This document shows positions 61,723-64,000 of a stretch of 64,000 bases of DNA, one piece after another. Within the stretch, counting starts at the first letter, position 1, and every line of letters starts with the position of its first letter. Made by a program: the position numbers and the translations under genes. This DNA comes from Myxococcota bacterium (GTDB lineage: Bacteria; Myxococcota_A; Polyangia; Nannocystales; Nannocystaceae), in assembly GCA_039194325.1 (NCBI GenBank), contig JBCCWC010000014.1:1-64000 (forward strand), written 5' to 3'. Under the pieces are notes generated by a model. It was not told the DNA's origin. It ran no database searches and worked only from the letters and a program-made list of their open reading frames with translations.

Positions 61723-63072
61723 TCACGAGTCCTGGTTGGTCAGCGCCCGTACCACGCCCTCGAGCATGTCGAGCTCCACGGGCTTGACCAAGAAGCGATC
61801 GGCGCCCATCTCCCGCAGCAGCTGCCAGTCCGATGCTCCCCCATACGCGGTGACCACCACGATGGGGACCTGGGCGGTGGCCGGGTTGGCTCGTAGCGCG
61901 CAGGTCAGCGCGGCCCCTCCCCCGTGGGGCATGTTCAGGTCGGTGATCACCAGATCGAGGTGCTCTTGGGCGGCGATCGCTTCAGCCGAGGCGGCGTCGG
62001 CCACCGTGATCACATCGATCTCGGGGAAGCTCATCATCAGCAGCTCCCGGGTGGCGACCAGGGTGCTGGCCTCGTCGTCGACGACCATCACCCGCAGGGG
62101 AGGCGACGGGGAGGACACGCTCCGGAGGGCCTGGTGGAGGGCCGAAAGCAGCTCTTCGGCGCTAGCCTGGCGATCGGCCGGGCTCTTGGCCAGGGCGTGC
62201 ATCAGGGGGGCATCGAAGGCGGCGGGAAGGGTGGGGCAGACCTCCGAGGGCCGCGGGGGAGCGGCGAAGGCGTGCCGGTTGAGTAGATCGAACAGCGACG
62301 GAGCGGCGAAGGGCAGCGTTCCGGTCAGCAGCTCGAAGCTGATCACGCCCAGCGCGTAGATGTCGATCCGCGTGAGCAGGCCGGGCTCAAGCACCTCCCC
62401 GCGGGCGATCTCGGGGGCGAGATAGGCCGGCGTCCCCCATAGAGGCATGCGCTCGCCGACGGTGTCGTTGCCCACCGGATGGGCGAGCCCGAAGTCGGTG
62501 ACCGCGATTCGTGACCCCGAGCTCACCAGCACGTTGCCGGGCTTGAGATCGCGGTGGACGGCGCCCGCTTCGTGGATCGCCTGAACCCCCTCGGCGAGGG
62601 GATCCAGCAGCGCGAGCGCCTCCGCCGGAGACGGTCGTGGATGTCGACGCTGCCTGGCCGCGAGAGTCTGCCCCGGGATGTACTCCATCGCGAAGTAGGG
62701 ATGCCCCTGTCGGGCTCCGAAGGCGTAGATCGTGACCACGTTGGGGTGACGAACGCGAGCCATGGCGCGGGCTTCCTTCAAGAAGCCGTCGCCCATTCGA
62801 TCCTCGCCGCGCATGTCGGAGTGGAGCAGCTTGATCGCCACGTCGCGATCGAGGGGCTCGTCGTGGGCGAGATAGACCGTGCCCGTGCTCCCCGAGCCCA
62901 GGATCGCGCGGATCTGATACTTGTCGTCGAGCCAGTCGCCGATCTTGGGGGCGTTGGCCTGGCCGACACGTCGGTCGTTGCTGTTGTGACCGTCGAGCTC
63001 GAGGGTCGCGGCGGCGGGATCCGCGAAGGCTTCGAAGCAATAGGCGCTCGGATCCCGTGAGTTCGTGAGCAT
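61723..63072 (-). CDS. Ser/Thr protein kinase fused to C-terminal receiver domain (paralog of 15923-17212)
   Basis: VAIK, HRDLKPGN, DFG, GTPAYLAPE; receiver MVVDDE, ITDLNMP, FLVKP; start uncertain (63072-63186). Confidence 0.88.
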   Translation of the reverse strand: MLTNSRDPSAYCFEAFADPAAATLELDGHNSNDRRVGQANAPKIGDWLDDKYQIRAILGSGSTGTVYLAHDEPLDRDVAIKLLHSDMRGEDRMGDGFLKEARAMARVRHPNVVTIYAFGARQGHPYFAMEYIPGQTLAARQRRHPRPSPAEALALLDPLAEGVQAIHEAGAVHRDLKPGNVLVSSGSRIAVTDFGLAHPVGNDTVGERMPLWGTPAYLAPEIARGEVLEPGLLTRIDIYALGVISFELLTGTLPFAAPSLFDLLNRHAFAAPPRPSEVCPTLPAAFDAPLMHALAKSPADRQASAEELLSALHQALRSVSSPSPPLRVMVVDDEASTLVATRELLMMSFPEIDVITVADAASAEAIAAQEHLDLVITDLNMPHGGGAALTCALRANPATAQVPIVVVTAYGGASDWQLLREMGADRFLVKPVELDMLEGVVRALTNQDS

Positions 63073-63197
63073 CGGCCGCAGCATTACACGCACCGATCCC
63101 GAGCGAGCGCGCAAACCATGCGTATGCTCATCGTCTCGCGCGCGTTCGCGTTCGCGTTCGAGTGTCGAAGGTTCGTTCGTGGTCATCGCACGAGCGA

Positions 63198-63896
63198 TCA
63201 GTACTCATCGTGCCGTTTCACCCAGGCCATCGGCCATGGCAGGCCCGCCTCGTCGCGCCCCTTGGGGGTCAGGTCGAGCCAGTGGTAGGTGCCATTGAGG
63301 ATGTCCAGGCCGCGCGCGTAGGTCGAGTACGTGTGCAAGATCTCCTCGCCCTCGCGCAGGAACACGCTGGCCCCGGGGAGCTCGGGGCCTGCTTCGAGGG
63401 TGCCGAAGTTATAGAGCGTGGCCTTGCCGGCGACCTGCTCCTCGGTGAAGGTGACGTCGAAATCGTGGTTGAAGGTGTTGCCCGCCGAGGACACCCACGC
63501 AAAACGCCAGCCCATGCGCTCGGCGTAGGCACGAAGCTTGTCCAGTGGTCCCCGGGATACCACCGCGAACGCGGTGTCACGGGCCCGTAGATGGGGGATC
63601 ATTGGGTCGAAGTGATCCGCCCAAAAGGTACAGCTGGGGCAGCCGGCATCCCAGTCGGGCCCATACATGAAATGGTACACGATGAGCTGGTGACAGCCGT
63701 CGAAGAGATCGGCGAGGCGACACTCGCCGTCGGGGCCCTCGAAGACGTACGCGGTCTGCACCCGGCGGCGGGGCAGGGCCCGTCGGAGCACGCTTACCTC
63801 GTCGCGCAGGCGGGTCAGCTCCTTTTCTCGGGCCATCAGCTCGAGCCGAGCCGCGGTCCACTGCTCCTTGTCGGTGGTTTCGTGCAGATTGGCCAT
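63198..63896 (-). CDS. DUF899 thioredoxin-like protein
   Basis: REKELTR..RRALP..LADLFDG..QLIVYHFM..GCPSCTFWAD..HTYSTYARG..LDLTPKGR. Confidence 0.92.
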   Translation of the reverse strand: MANLHETTDKEQWTAARLELMAREKELTRLRDEVSVLRRALPRRRVQTAYVFEGPDGECRLADLFDGCHQLIVYHFMYGPDWDAGCPSCTFWADHFDPMIPHLRARDTAFAVVSRGPLDKLRAYAERMGWRFAWVSSAGNTFNHDFDVTFTEEQVAGKATLYNFGTLEAGPELPGASVFLREGEEILHTYSTYARGLDILNGTYHWLDLTPKGRDEAGLPWPMAWVKRHDEY

Positions 63897-64000
63897 GGCT
63901 CCGACATAGCCCCTCCGGCCAGCGGCGGGGAGTAACAATGCCGACGGGATTCTTCGCCCGCCTTTTGCCACTTGCCATGGACTCCGCGATCAACACCGCC

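Overview
This is a GC-rich bacterial chromosomal window whose gene content (many Ser/Thr kinases, CHAT-TPR and VWA lipoproteins, multiheme cytochrome) suggests Myxococcota, possibly Nannocystaceae-like (inference). About 40 CDS were called from motifs read by eye, with no database searches. Housekeeping genes include a UvrD/PcrA helicase, an ABC-F ATPase, a DUF2849-cysI-DUF934 sulfite reductase operon, a POT transporter and an AraC/aldo-keto reductase pair. The most notable items are: (1) a P-loop ATPase plus a 1510-aa multi-module NACHT-pentapeptide protein, lying beside a MITE and a MOSC relic (candidate conflict/defence system); (2) an adenylate cyclase with three tandem heme-c sensor domains, clustered with a hybrid kinase, a kinase-receiver fusion and an 11-12 heme cytochrome; (3) an ArsC-like selenoprotein (UxxC) with a clear SECIS hairpin, which the ORF track splits; (4) a non-canonical GrpE-Hsp70-unknown-J-domain operon; (5) an unannotated 49-aa small protein behind a sigma54 promoter; (6) a DOT1-like methyltransferase; and (7) a GRDP-like protein paired with a Cys/Gly-tail protein. 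Short tandem repeats are frequent, and some duplicate gene stop codons. No rRNA, tRNA or CRISPR array was seen.
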